From NCBI GenBank assembly GCA_048571215.1, contig CP182352.1, positions 256,001 through 320,000 on the forward strand: a stretch of 64,000 nucleotides of DNA. Direction: 5' to 3'. Under the pieces are notes generated by a model. The model made no database searches. It saw only the letters and a list, made by a program, of their open reading frames with translations, and was not told the DNA's origin. The DNA is from Halarcobacter sp. (lineage in GTDB: Bacteria > Campylobacterota > Campylobacteria > Campylobacterales > Arcobacteraceae). Below are positions 10,669 to 21,621 of this stretch, piece by piece (position 1 is the stretch's first letter; each line of letters begins with the position of its first letter). Position numbers and translations under genes: made by a program.

Positions 10669-10954
10669 TAAAAAAAGTGTTTTTACAAAATCTATATTAT
10701 ACTTGTTATAATATTTTATAATATAAAACTATTATCCATAGAAAAAAGATAACTATTTCAATAGTTATAAACTCCATTTTCTTTATTTTATGTCCAAGGA
10801 AAAACATAGAAAAATACTACCAATATATCCACCTAAAAAAGAGATTACCATTTAGTTCTTTTTATGATTATAAAAAATATGACAAATTGCAATATTTTTA
10901 AATAAAAATATATTTTATAGTTATAATTTTAAAAATTTATATTTAGGAATCAAT

Positions 10955-11470
10955 ATGAAAAATTTAGAAAATATCATAGTAGATGATAAAATATTTGTTA
11001 TAAGAGGTATTCAAGTTATGATTGATAAAGATTTGGCAGAGCTTTATCAAGTTGAGACAAGAGTTCTAAATCAAGCAGTTAAAAGAAATATTGATAGTTT
11101 TCCTATTGATTTTATGTTTGAGTTAAATAATGATGAAAAAAATGAGCTTATCACAAAATGTGATAAGCTTAAATCATTGAAGTTTAATCCTTCTAAAATA
11201 AAAGTATTTACAGAACAAGGTGTTTATATGTTAGCAACGGTATTAAAAAGTAAAATTGCAAGGGAAGTAAATATATCTATAATGAGAACTTTTACAAAAC
11301 TAAAAAATCAGTCTGTTCCATATTTTGATATTATAAAAAGAATAGAAAAATTAGAGGTAAGTGATAATCAAACAAAAGAGTTATTAAATAAAATTGTTCA
11401 AGTTATTAATAGTATGCAAGAGATACAAGATAAGGCTAAGGAGGATACTAAAAAGATTGGATTTGTTTGA
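10955..11470 (+). CDS. ORF6N-domain DNA-binding protein
   Basis: IRG.QVMID.DLAELY.VETR.LNQAVKRN..FP.DFMF.L and FTEQGVYMLATVLKS. Confidence 0.9.
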   Translation: MKNLENIIVDDKIFVIRGIQVMIDKDLAELYQVETRVLNQAVKRNIDSFPIDFMFELNNDEKNELITKCDKLKSLKFNPSKIKVFTEQGVYMLATVLKSKIAREVNISIMRTFTKLKNQSVPYFDIIKRIEKLEVSDNQTKELLNKIVQVINSMQEIQDKAKEDTKKIGFV

Positions 11471-11952
11471 TTTTTGGATGGTGTTTTTATAAAAACTATT
11501 TTCAAAATATTTGATTTTAAATATACTTTTACAGTTTAGCCACTTATTTTCTAAAATGCGGAAGAGGGAATAATGACCTTTGCATTTTTTGGTACCATTT
11601 TGTTTTTATTGGTGTAATACTCAAATAGTATGAGAAAGTTCAAAGCTAGGTATTTTAGTCCAGACTTTGTTGAAGCCGGAAAGTTTTAAATGATTTTCGG
11701 ATGTCAATCCTGCTTGCAGGCAAAAGACCGAGGACATTGTATACTATAAATAATGGAAATATAGTTAATATATTTTTATAGAGTTAGTTAAAATGATGTA
11801 TCGGCGAGGTGTTTTATAAACTTCTTAATGTAACCCTTTAGAAACCCAAATAAATTATAATATCACTTCGCATAAGATGCGAACAAAATTAATGTTTTCT
11901 GTCCCTAGAACTAAATTCAATCTTAGAGACTTATAGTCAAATATAAGTCTCT

Positions 11953-11975
11953 TTTAAGTTATAATTAAGTATAAT
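11953..11975 (+). promoter_or_regulatory. sigma70-type promoter of the rpsL operon
   Basis: TTTAAGT element followed by TATAAT (11970-11975), the Campylobacterota-type layout. Confidence 0.6.
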
Positions 11976-12173
11976 CCAAAACTTTTTTAGAAAACAACGC
12001 AACGTTTCTCTAGAATGGTAGTATCGTTTTGATTATGAAACCTTTCATATGTCATGGCGTCATTGGGACGTAACGAGAAGCCTGAGCAGCTTTAAAGCTC
12101 AAACCAAAAATAGAGAATTTTAATACTATCATAAGAATATTAGAGTCTCTATCAATATAAATAAAGGGAAAGA

Positions 12174-12548
12174 ATGCCAACTATCAATCAACTTGTTAGA
12201 AAAGAGCGAAAAAAGGTGATTAAAAAATCTAAATCACCAGCATTAGAAAAATGTCCACAAAGAAGAGGTGTATGTACAAGAGTATATACAACAACTCCTA
12301 AAAAACCAAACTCGGCTTTAAGAAAAGTTGCAAAAGTTAGGTTAACTACAGGTTTTGAGGTTATCTCATATATCGGTGGTGAGGGTCACAACTTACAAGA
12401 ACACTCTATTGTATTAGTTAGAGGGGGAAGAGTTAAGGATTTACCTGGGGTTAAGTATCACATCGTTAGAGGTGCATTAGATACTGCTGGTGTTGCAAAT
12501 AGAACTGTTGCAAGATCTAAATATGGTGCTAAAAGACCTAAGAAATAA
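12174..12548 (+). CDS. rpsL: 30S ribosomal protein S12
   Basis: [32 protein letters not shown]. Confidence 0.99.
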   Translation: MPTINQLVRKERKKVIKKSKSPALEKCPQRRGVCTRVYTTTPKKPNSALRKVAKVRLTTGFEVISYIGGEGHNLQEHSIVLVRGGRVKDLPGVKYHIVRGALDTAGVANRTVARSKYGAKRPKK

Positions 12549-12552
12549 GTAG

Positions 12553-13032
<480 letters not shown>

Positions 13033-13041
13033 GAATTATTT

Positions 13042-15150
13042 ATGGCTAGAAAAACACCACTTAATAGAGTTAGAAATATTGGTATTGCTGCACATATTGA
13101 TGCAGGAAAAACAACAACAACAGAAAGAATTCTGTTTTATACAGGTGTTTCACATAAAATTGGTGAGGTACATGATGGTGCTGCAACAATGGACTGGATG
13201 GAACAAGAGCAAGAAAGAGGTATTACAATTACAAGTGCCGCTACTACTTGTCACTGGAAACACCCAAAAACAAATGAAGATTTACAAATAAACATTATTG
13301 ACACTCCAGGTCACGTTGACTTTACTATCGAAGTTGAGAGATCTATGAGGGTTCTTGATGGTGCTGTAGCAGTATTCTGTTCAGTTGGTGGGGTTCAACC
13401 ACAATCTGAAACTGTTTGGAGACAAGCAAATAAATATAAAGTACCAAGAATGATATTCGTTAATAAAATGGATAGAACTGGTGCAGATTTTTATATGGTT
13501 GAAAACCAAGTTGCAGAAAGATTAAAAGCAAATCCGGTTCCTATTCAATTACCAATTGGTGCTGAAGAAGATTTCCAAGGTGTTGTTGATTTAGTACAAA
13601 TGAAAGCTATTGTTTGGGATGATGATGCTGCTATGGGTTCTCACTACCATGTAGAAGAGATTCCTGCTGATATGCAAGAAAAAGCAGAAGAGTATAGAGA
13701 AAAAATGATTGAAGCAGCTGCTGAATCATCTGAAGAGTTAATGGAAAAATATTTTGAAGAGGGTGAATTATCAGAAGAAGAGATTGTTTCTGGTTTAAAA
13801 GCTGCTTGTTTAAATATGACTATTACTCCAATGACTTGTGGTACTGCATTTAAAAACAAAGGTGTTCAAACTTTACTTGACGCTGTTGCTATGTATTTAC
13901 CAGCTCCAACTGAGGTTGCTGATATTAGAGGTGAAACTCAAGATGGTGAAGCTGTTATTGTTCCTTCATCTGATGAGGGTGAAGTTGCAGCATTAGCATT
14001 TAAAATTATGACTGACCCATTTGTTGGACAATTAACATTCGCAAGAGTTTATAGAGGTGTTTTAGAATCTGGAACATATGTTATGAACTCAACTAAAATG
14101 AAAAAAGAAAGAATCGGAAGACTTCTTAAAATGCACTCAAACAATAGAGAAGAGTGTAAAGAGTTATATGCTGGTGAAATCGGTGCAGTTGTTGGTCTTA
14201 AATCAACAATTACAGGTGATACATTAGCATCTGAAAAAGATCCAGTTATCTTAGAAAGAATGGAATTCCCAGAGCCAGTTATCTCTGTTGCAGTTGAGCC
14301 AAAAACAAAAGCTGACCAAGAGAAAATGGGTATTGCCTTAGGTAAACTTGCTGAAGAAGATCCATCATTTAGAGTAAATACAGATGAAGAATCTGGACAA
14401 ACTATTATTTCAGGAATGGGTGAGTTACACCTTGAAATTCTTGTAGATAGAATGAAAAGAGAATTTAAAGTTGAAGCTGAAGTTGGTGCTCCTCAAGTTG
14501 CTTATAGAGAAACTATTAAAAATGAGATTAAACAAGAGTACAAATATGCTAAACAATCTGGTGGTAAAGGTCAATATGGTCATGTATACTTAACTATTAC
14601 TCCATTACCAGCTGATAGTGAAGATAACTTTGTATTTACAAGTTCAATCAAAGGTGGAGCTGTTCCAAAAGAATATGTTCCTGCAGTTCAAAAAGGTTGT
14701 GAAGAAGCTATGGCTGGTGGTATTTTAGCTGGTTATCCAATGGTTAATATCGCAGTTGATTTATATGATGGTTCTTACCATGATGTTGACTCATCTGAAA
14801 TGGCATTTAAACTTGCTGCTTCTATGGGATTTAAACAAGGTTGTAGATCTGCAGCTGCAGAACCTGTAATTCTTGAACCAATTATGAAAGTTGAAATTGA
14901 AACTCCTGAAGATTATATGGGAGATGTTATTGGGGATTGTAATAAAAGAAGAGGACAAGTTCAATCTATGGATGATAGAGCTGGTGTAAAACTTGTTGTT
15001 GCAATGATTCCATTATCAGAAATGTTTGGATACTCTACAGACTTAAGATCTATGTCTCAAGGTAGAGCAACATATTCTATGATTTTTGACAACTATTCAG
15101 AAGTTCCTAAAAATGTATCTGAAGAGATTATCAAAAAAAGAAATGGTTAG
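13042..15150 (+). CDS. fusA: Elongation factor G
   Basis: [22 protein letters not shown]. Confidence 0.99.
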   Translation: MARKTPLNRVRNIGIAAHIDAGKTTTTERILFYTGVSHKIGEVHDGAATMDWMEQEQERGITITSAATTCHWKHPKTNEDLQINIIDTPGHVDFTIEVERSMRVLDGAVAVFCSVGGVQPQSETVWRQANKYKVPRMIFVNKMDRTGADFYMVENQVAERLKANPVPIQLPIGAEEDFQGVVDLVQMKAIVWDDDAAMGSHYHVEEIPADMQEKAEEYREKMIEAAAESSEELMEKYFEEGELSEEEIVSGLKAACLNMTITPMTCGTAFKNKGVQTLLDAVAMYLPAPTEVADIRGETQDGEAVIVPSSDEGEVAALAFKIMTDPFVGQLTFARVYRGVLESGTYVMNSTKMKKERIGRLLKMHSNNREECKELYAGEIGAVVGLKSTITGDTLASEKDPVILERMEFPEPVISVAVEPKTKADQEKMGIALGKLAEEDPSFRVNTDEESGQTIISGMGELHLEILVDRMKREFKVEAEVGAPQVAYRETIKNEIKQEYKYAKQSGGKGQYGHVYLTITPLPADSEDNFVFTSSIKGGAVPKEYVPAVQKGCEEAMAGGILAGYPMVNIAVDLYDGSYHDVDSSEMAFKLAASMGFKQGCRSAAAEPVILEPIMKVEIETPEDYMGDVIGDCNKRRGQVQSMDDRAGVKLVVAMIPLSEMFGYSTDLRSMSQGRATYSMIFDNYSEVPKNVSEEIIKKRNG

Positions 15151-15188
15151 TATTTAAATTCACTTAGAACTTAAATCTACTATTTATT

Positions 15189-15218
15189 AAAAAGCCTACT
15201 CATTTGAGTGGGCTTTTT
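15189..15218 (+). terminator. Intrinsic terminator of rpsL-rpsG-fusA
   Basis: aaaaagcctactca-tt-tgagtgggcttttt. Confidence 0.85.
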
Positions 15219-15283
15219 TACTTTAAATCCCTTTTTAAATTATTATTAGATAAAATCTACCTTTATAGTACTGGAAGGGTTTT

Positions 15284-17131
15284 ATGAAACATTTTAAATT
15301 TATTCTTTTTTGCCTATCACTAATTGTCACTTTAAATGCTCAAATGTTAAAAGATATAGTGTATGTTGAAGATAAAGACTCTTCTAAAACTTTAATAAAA
15401 GATGAATTTCTGAATGAAAACACAAAAAAATATACCCTAGTTCTTGGAAAGCTTGAAAAAAGACATGACCCTATAGAGTTCTTTAGAAGATTTAAATTAA
15501 CAAATGCCTTAGCATATAAGTATGGGGAAAATAAAGAGTTTATGAGAGTGATATCGGGAGTTTATGACAATCATATAGAAGCAAAAAAGGCTTTAAAAAA
15601 ACTACCAGAAGAACTTTTGAAGTTTGAACCTTATTATTCAAGGATAAGTTGGCATCAAAAAGCTTATAATAAAAATAATATGGATAAAAAAGATAAGATA
15701 GTTGTAAACAGTGATAAAAACTCAGTTATTAACTTTGATACCCCAGAGGCAAATAATTTAAAAAATAAGTTAACAAATAAAAATCCAAAGGGTTATTCTT
15801 TGGTTTTAGCAAGTTTTACTTATAAAAATAAAGAAAGAATTATTGCTTTTTTTAAAAATAATGGTATTGAAGATAAAGCATTGGCTCACCTATATGGAAA
15901 AAACAAAGATAAAGTTAAGATTGTTTTTGGAGTTTATAACTCATATAGTGAAGCTAAAGAAGATATCAAAAAGTTAAATGATAATTTGAAATTAAACTCA
16001 CCATATGTGCAAAAACTTTCAACAATAAGAAGTTTTTATAAAAAGTACAATAATGATGCTAAAACTAATGTTGTTAAACTTAATGTTGATAAAAAAGTAA
16101 ATAATGAAGAAAATAGTGTAAAAAAACCTAAAGATAACAAATATATAAAAGTTGTAAAAAAAATAGAACCTCCTGTTACAAAAAGGGTATTAGTTAAAAA
16201 AGAAAAAAAAGAGCCAATCCAAAAAACTAAAAAAAATACTCCTACAAAAGTAAAAAAACAAATAGTAAAAAAACAAGTTGAAATTAAACAAAAAGGACTA
16301 ATCTCTAATGTTTTAAAAAAATCAAAAATTGCTGATGTTTTTTATGTGGAGAGTGATGGAGATTTTAATATTTTAAATGAAGTATTTCTAAATGATGAAA
16401 GTTCTTTTTATACACTTGATTTGGGAGAAATAAATATTGAACAAATACCTTTAGATAAATTTTTTATTCAGTACAATCTAAAAAACAATGCCTTGGTTTA
16501 TAAATATGGAGAAAATAAAGAGTTAGCAAGGGTTATTTATGGAGCGTATGAAACAAAAAGAAATGCAAAAGAGATTTTAGAAAAATTAACTAGTCTAGGG
16601 TTTGATACAAATACAAAAGTTAGTAATATACAAGAGCATCAAAAACTTTATAAAAAATACCATGAAGAGATTTTAAATGGAAAAAATATAGAAAAAAAAC
16701 AAGATAATAAGATAGTTGTAAAAAGTGGAAATATAATAGATACAGAAGATAGTGATTTTATTTATGTGAATAGTTCAAATAAACTAAAAGATGCTTTTTT
16801 TAACAAAGATTCAAGTATATATACAATAACTTTGATCACTTTTAACAAAGATGATATAGATTTAAAAGATTTTTTAGAAAAAAATAGTTTAAATTCAGAT
16901 GTTGTAGTATACTCTATTGGTTCACAAAACAATTATTATAGAGTATTTTATGGTGCATATAACTCTTCAAAAGAGTGTTTAAAGGTTATAGATAATTTAG
17001 ATGAAGATTTGAAAAAAAATCAACCCTATGTATCAAAAGTTAGTACAAATATTAGAAGATTTGAAAGTTATAATAATAGAAAAATCATTGATGCAATAAA
17101 CAATGCACAGATGGTAAATATAAGTAAATAG
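15284..17131 (+). CDS. Secreted protein with four repeated SPOR-like domains
   Basis: Signal peptide; four repeats of Y[TS]L.L ... [RK]V..G[VA]Y; Lys-rich central linker. Confidence 0.65.
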   Translation: MKHFKFILFCLSLIVTLNAQMLKDIVYVEDKDSSKTLIKDEFLNENTKKYTLVLGKLEKRHDPIEFFRRFKLTNALAYKYGENKEFMRVISGVYDNHIEAKKALKKLPEELLKFEPYYSRISWHQKAYNKNNMDKKDKIVVNSDKNSVINFDTPEANNLKNKLTNKNPKGYSLVLASFTYKNKERIIAFFKNNGIEDKALAHLYGKNKDKVKIVFGVYNSYSEAKEDIKKLNDNLKLNSPYVQKLSTIRSFYKKYNNDAKTNVVKLNVDKKVNNEENSVKKPKDNKYIKVVKKIEPPVTKRVLVKKEKKEPIQKTKKNTPTKVKKQIVKKQVEIKQKGLISNVLKKSKIADVFYVESDGDFNILNEVFLNDESSFYTLDLGEINIEQIPLDKFFIQYNLKNNALVYKYGENKELARVIYGAYETKRNAKEILEKLTSLGFDTNTKVSNIQEHQKLYKKYHEEILNGKNIEKKQDNKIVVKSGNIIDTEDSDFIYVNSSNKLKDAFFNKDSSIYTITLITFNKDDIDLKDFLEKNSLNSDVVVYSIGSQNNYYRVFYGAYNSSKECLKVIDNLDEDLKKNQPYVSKVSTNIRRFESYNNRKIIDAINNAQMVNISK

Positions 17132-17139
17132 GAAGATAG

Positions 17140-18006
17140 TTGAAATTAACTACAAGTACAGAAAAATTAAAAAATTGTAAAAGAGCAGGTATTATTTTAA
17201 AACCTGATTCTCCTGAAATAAAAAAAGATTACGAAAAAATAAAAAACTGTTTTGAAACTTTTAGTATAGAAGTAGTGCTTGAAAAAAATAGTGCTACGAT
17301 GATAAATGAAGATGGGCTTTTGTTAAGTGATTTATGTAAAGAGGTTGATTTATTAGTATCTATTGGTGGAGATGGAACACTTCTTTCAGTTGTTAGAAAC
17401 TCTTTTGAGTTTGATTTGCCAATTTTAGGTATTCATATGGGAACATTAGGTTTTTTAACAGATATTGTATATGAAGAGTTACCCACATTTTTAAAAGATT
17501 TAAAAAATAATCAATATAGAATAGATAATAGAATGTTGGTAGAGTGTAGGGTAAATGATAAGTGTTTTGTTGCTTTTAATGATCTTGTAATCTCAAGAAA
17601 AACAGTTTCTTCTATGATTAAGATACGAGCAAAGATAGATGGCAGTTCATTTAATACCTATTATGGAGATGGAGTGATTATATCTACCCCTACAGGCTCT
17701 ACAGCTTATAATCTATCAGTTGGAGGACCCATTGTATTTCCTTTAACAGAAGCTTTTATTATAACCCCTGTAGCACCTCATAGTTTGACCCAAAGACCTT
17801 TAGTGATGCCAGCAGATATAGAAATAGAGTTTAAAATAAAAGATGAACAAGGTGCAGTTTTATTAATAGATGGGCAAGATACCTTTGAGGTTGAAAATAA
17901 TGATATTATTAAAGTTACAATTGCAAGAAAAAAAGCAAAATTAATACATAGAACAAAAAGAGATTTTTTCAAAGTATTAAATGAAAAACTAAGATGGGGA
18001 AATTAA
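17140..18006 (+). CDS. nadK: NAD(+) kinase
   Basis: GGDGT, GTLGFL, GDGVIISTPTGSTAYNLS.GG. Confidence 0.95.
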   Translation: MKLTTSTEKLKNCKRAGIILKPDSPEIKKDYEKIKNCFETFSIEVVLEKNSATMINEDGLLLSDLCKEVDLLVSIGGDGTLLSVVRNSFEFDLPILGIHMGTLGFLTDIVYEELPTFLKDLKNNQYRIDNRMLVECRVNDKCFVAFNDLVISRKTVSSMIKIRAKIDGSSFNTYYGDGVIISTPTGSTAYNLSVGGPIVFPLTEAFIITPVAPHSLTQRPLVMPADIEIEFKIKDEQGAVLLIDGQDTFEVENNDIIKVTIARKKAKLIHRTKRDFFKVLNEKLRWGN

Positions 18007-18012
18007 TCCAAT

Positions 18013-19560
18013 ATGATTAATAGAATATATTTAAAAGAGTTTTTATCTTTCCAAGAGGTTGATTTAGAACTAAAAAATGGTTTAGTGGTATTTACAGGTC
18101 CAAGTGGGGCTGGTAAATCTGTTTTGATGCAAAATATCCTTTCTTTGTTTGCTATAACTGATAGTAAGGCAAGTTTAGGGGAAGTAAATCTTTGTAATCT
18201 AAATATTGAAAATGAAGCCTATGATATACAAAAAGATGACGATATCATCATAAAGCAGATAAAAAAAGACAAAATAAGATATTTTTTAAACGCTCAAACA
18301 ATATCAAAAAAAACACTAAAAGAGTTTTCAAAAGTTGTAGTTAAGCATTTACATTTAAAAGATACAAGTGATTTTGATAGTGATAAGCTTATAGAGTTTA
18401 TAGACTCCTTATGTGTAAAGAGTTCACCAGAATTTAAAGAATTAAAATCTAGTTTTTTAGAAAATTTTGAGAGTTTACAAAAAATAAAAATAGAGTTAAA
18501 AAAGATAAATGATGATGAGTCAAAACTTGAAGATTTAAAAGAGTTTGCAAAGTTTGAAATAGAAAAAATAGAATCAATAAATCCACAAATTGATGAATAT
18601 GAAGAGCTAAGTGAGATAAAAAAAAGATTATCAAAAAAAGAGAAAATACAAGAAGCAATAGAAAAAGCTGCACCTTTGTTTTCTTATTCTAATTCAGTTA
18701 ATACAGCTTTAGACTTACTTGATGAAGATAGTTCATTTTTTGATGAGGCTATAAATGAATTAAATAATATTTTTGAAAGATTCAATGATTCTTTGGGTGA
18801 ACTTGAAGAGTTAGATATAGAAAATGTACTTGATAGAATTGAAAAACTATCAGGTTTACAAAAAAGGTTTGGTTCTATAAAAGAGGCTTTGGAGTATAAA
18901 AATAAAAAACAAGAGGAGTTAGATTCTTATGAAAATATCTCCTTTGAGAAATCACTTTTAGAAAAAAAACAAAAAGAGTTAAGTGAAAATATTCAAAAGC
19001 AAGTAGAAAAGTTAAGCTCTTTTAGAAAAGAGACTATAAAAATAGTTGAAGAGAAGATTAACTACTATTTAAAATATCTATATTTGTCAAATGCAAAAAT
19101 CCACTTACAAGAAAAAAAGCTTGATAAAACTGGAGTAGATGAGTTTGTATTTGAGCTAAATGGAGTAAATCTTGATACTATTAGTAGTGGAGAGTTCAAC
19201 AGACTAAGATTAGCACTTTTAACAACTATTAGTGAGTTTGATATAGTTGAAAATGGGATTTTATTTTTAGATGAGATTGATGCAAACTTAAGTGGTAAAG
19301 AAAGTTCTGCAATTGCAAAAGTTTTGGATAAACTATCAAAATCTTATCAAATTTTTGCTATTTCCCATCAACCACAACTAACATCAACTGCAAATCAACA
19401 CTTCTTAGTAGATAAAAAAGATGGACAATCTATTGTAAAAGAGTTAGATAAAAACACAAGGATAGATGAGATTGCTAGAATGATTAGTGGGGAAGATATA
19501 AGTAATGAGGCATACACTTTTGCTAAAAACTTATTAGATGATAAAAAAGAGTCTATTTAA
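18013..19560 (+). CDS. recN: DNA repair protein RecN
   Basis: Walker A GPSGAGKS, coiled coil, SSGE, LDEID, ISHQPQ; downstream of nadK. Confidence 0.92.
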   Translation: MINRIYLKEFLSFQEVDLELKNGLVVFTGPSGAGKSVLMQNILSLFAITDSKASLGEVNLCNLNIENEAYDIQKDDDIIIKQIKKDKIRYFLNAQTISKKTLKEFSKVVVKHLHLKDTSDFDSDKLIEFIDSLCVKSSPEFKELKSSFLENFESLQKIKIELKKINDDESKLEDLKEFAKFEIEKIESINPQIDEYEELSEIKKRLSKKEKIQEAIEKAAPLFSYSNSVNTALDLLDEDSSFFDEAINELNNIFERFNDSLGELEELDIENVLDRIEKLSGLQKRFGSIKEALEYKNKKQEELDSYENISFEKSLLEKKQKELSENIQKQVEKLSSFRKETIKIVEEKINYYLKYLYLSNAKIHLQEKKLDKTGVDEFVFELNGVNLDTISSGEFNRLRLALLTTISEFDIVENGILFLDEIDANLSGKESSAIAKVLDKLSKSYQIFAISHQPQLTSTANQHFLVDKKDGQSIVKELDKNTRIDEIARMISGEDISNEAYTFAKNLLDDKKESI

Positions 19561-21478
19561 CTTCAAACTCTTTTATCATATTATCAACCAAAATTTGCAC
19601 CTTTGCTTTTTGGTTTTTGGTATTTGCTTTATCTGGCAAAGTTTTTAAGTTTTCATGAAATTTATTCAAAAAATTTAATATATATTTAGCCTTTCTATGG
19701 GGATTATTTACATGGGCATTTAGTTCAATTAACTCTAAAACAAAATCAACATACCCTAAAAAAGCTGCATAGTTTATAGGTAAAACTCCAAATTTATCTA
19801 CCTCATTTAGTAGTTTTTTGTTGTATGGATATACTTGTTTAAACACTTTAAGATTGTTTTTCCATATGGCATTATGTATTAGGTTTCTACCTCTACTATC
19901 AATAGCATTTATATTAGCCCCAGAATGAATTAGTAGTTTTATTGCAATTTGGTCACAATTTAATATAGCCTTATGTAAAGTTATCCCTCCATAAGAGTCT
20001 TTTGAATTAACATCAGCTCCAAGCATAATAATAGAGTGTAAAATATTTTGATATGCTCTTAATTCAATATCTGTTGAGCAGTTTTGATTTTCATCCATAC
20101 AATTATAGATTATATTTTCATCATTTATATTTTTTTGGTTTATTTCTGCCCCATATTTAATCAGAAGTTTACATAATTCTAAGTTTTTATACCTTATGGC
20201 ATCAAAAAAATATGGTTCTCCTTTTGAGTTTAGTAAGCTTAGATTAACTTCTGCATTTATTAATATACCTGTCAAAATTGTTTTATAATCTGATTTAAAA
20301 TCTAACTCTTTTTTTTGGGAACCTTTTATTTTTTTGCCATTTTGTAGTGCTAAAATAGCATCAATGATTTTTTCAATAATAGTTTTTTCGTTTTTATCTT
20401 TTATATTAGTACTTGCTCCATAATCTAAAAGTAGGCTTGTTACATCCAAAAACTCTTCACCTTTTATTGTAACCTCACTTAACGCAGTTTCATTGTGTCT
20501 ATTTAAAACATCAATATTCACTTCAAAATCTAAAAGTTCAGTTAAAACATCTAAAGCTTTATTTTTAGCTGCAAAGGAGATAATAGTCTCATTTTTATTA
20601 TTACAAATACTTGTATCTATCTCTTCTTCAATTAATACTGAAATAAAATCAATAAGATTTTGTATCTCTAGGTGCTCTCTATTCTTATCTTTTATTTTAT
20701 TGTTTTGGTAATACTCTTTTCTTTTAATGATATATTTTACTAGGTGAAGTAATATATTGTTTCCTTCAATATCAATACTATTAATATCTAGACCAAATTT
20801 CAATAAAAAGAAAAACAACTCTTCACTTTTTTTACCATTTTCTACTAAATAAAAAAGTAAAGATCTACCATAAGAATCCGTTATATTTGGATTTGGAAAA
20901 AATTTTAATATGGAGTTTAATATCTCAAAATTTGAAAAGGTATGTTTATAAAAAAGTATATCTTGGTGTTTTATAAAGCTTTTATCTTCAAGTAAGTCAT
21001 TTATAATATTAAGGTTTTGTGCATGAATCGCTAGATGAAGCAGGGTTAAGTTTTGTGAATTTCTTCTGTTTATATTATCCATTTGAGGTTTTAGTTGTTT
21101 AAAAACATCAAAGTGATTATTTAGTATAGCAAACTCAATTGCAGTATAGCCACTTTGATTCTCAAAATTTACATTTGCTCCAACCTTTAATAACTCATCA
21201 ACAATTTCACTATACCCATATTTGGAAGCAAGCATAATTGGTGTTTCTCCTGAATTATCAGCTGCATTATAATTAATACCATTTTTAAGAAGTGATTTTA
21301 CAGATTCTATAAGATTATTAGGGATAACTATATGTAAAAAATTTTGTAATTCACTATTTTTTTGATTGATATTTATATGTTGTAACATTGAGTTGACTTT
21401 TGTTTCATTAAAGTTTGTACTTTTCAACTCTTCTACAATATCTTCATATGTAGTTTTTTTAAATAATTTAGTTAGCAT
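19553..21478 (-). CDS. Ankyrin-repeat protein
   Basis: Multiple G.TP..LA / LL..GA.VN..D repeats. Confidence 0.9.
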   Translation of the reverse strand: MLTKLFKKTTYEDIVEELKSTNFNETKVNSMLQHININQKNSELQNFLHIVIPNNLIESVKSLLKNGINYNAADNSGETPIMLASKYGYSEIVDELLKVGANVNFENQSGYTAIEFAILNNHFDVFKQLKPQMDNINRRNSQNLTLLHLAIHAQNLNIINDLLEDKSFIKHQDILFYKHTFSNFEILNSILKFFPNPNITDSYGRSLLFYLVENGKKSEELFFFLLKFGLDINSIDIEGNNILLHLVKYIIKRKEYYQNNKIKDKNREHLEIQNLIDFISVLIEEEIDTSICNNKNETIISFAAKNKALDVLTELLDFEVNIDVLNRHNETALSEVTIKGEEFLDVTSLLLDYGASTNIKDKNEKTIIEKIIDAILALQNGKKIKGSQKKELDFKSDYKTILTGILINAEVNLSLLNSKGEPYFFDAIRYKNLELCKLLIKYGAEINQKNINDENIIYNCMDENQNCSTDIELRAYQNILHSIIMLGADVNSKDSYGGITLHKAILNCDQIAIKLLIHSGANINAIDSRGRNLIHNAIWKNNLKVFKQVYPYNKKLLNEVDKFGVLPINYAAFLGYVDFVLELIELNAHVNNPHRKAKYILNFLNKFHENLKTLPDKANTKNQKAKVQILVDNMIKEFEVK

Positions 21479-21621
21479 AAATCAAAACCTCTTACAATAT
21501 AGTTACATTTTAACATAGTTTATTAAAATAATATATTACACAGTCAAATCGAAATCAAATCACTTTACATTTAATTATAGTTAATGTAAAATTCTCGGAA
21601 TATACTATATCAAGGGGACAA

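Noticed and set aside
10650..11470. Prophage around the ORF6N gene
   Set aside because: No integrase, structural or lysis genes nearby
11630..11689. 19-codon ORF (MRKFKARYFSPDFVEAGKF) in the structured element
   Set aside because: No RBS; likely incidental
11471..12173. Possible tRNA, CRISPR array or known riboswitch in the long intergenic region
   Set aside because: No tRNA D/T-loop consensus, no regularly spaced repeats and no aptamer I could recognise
12174..12548. Streptomycin-resistance substitutions in S12
   Set aside because: The PKKPNS and RVKDLP lysines are wild type
15150..15283. Absence of tuf after fusA
   Set aside because: Normal arrangement in Campylobacterota
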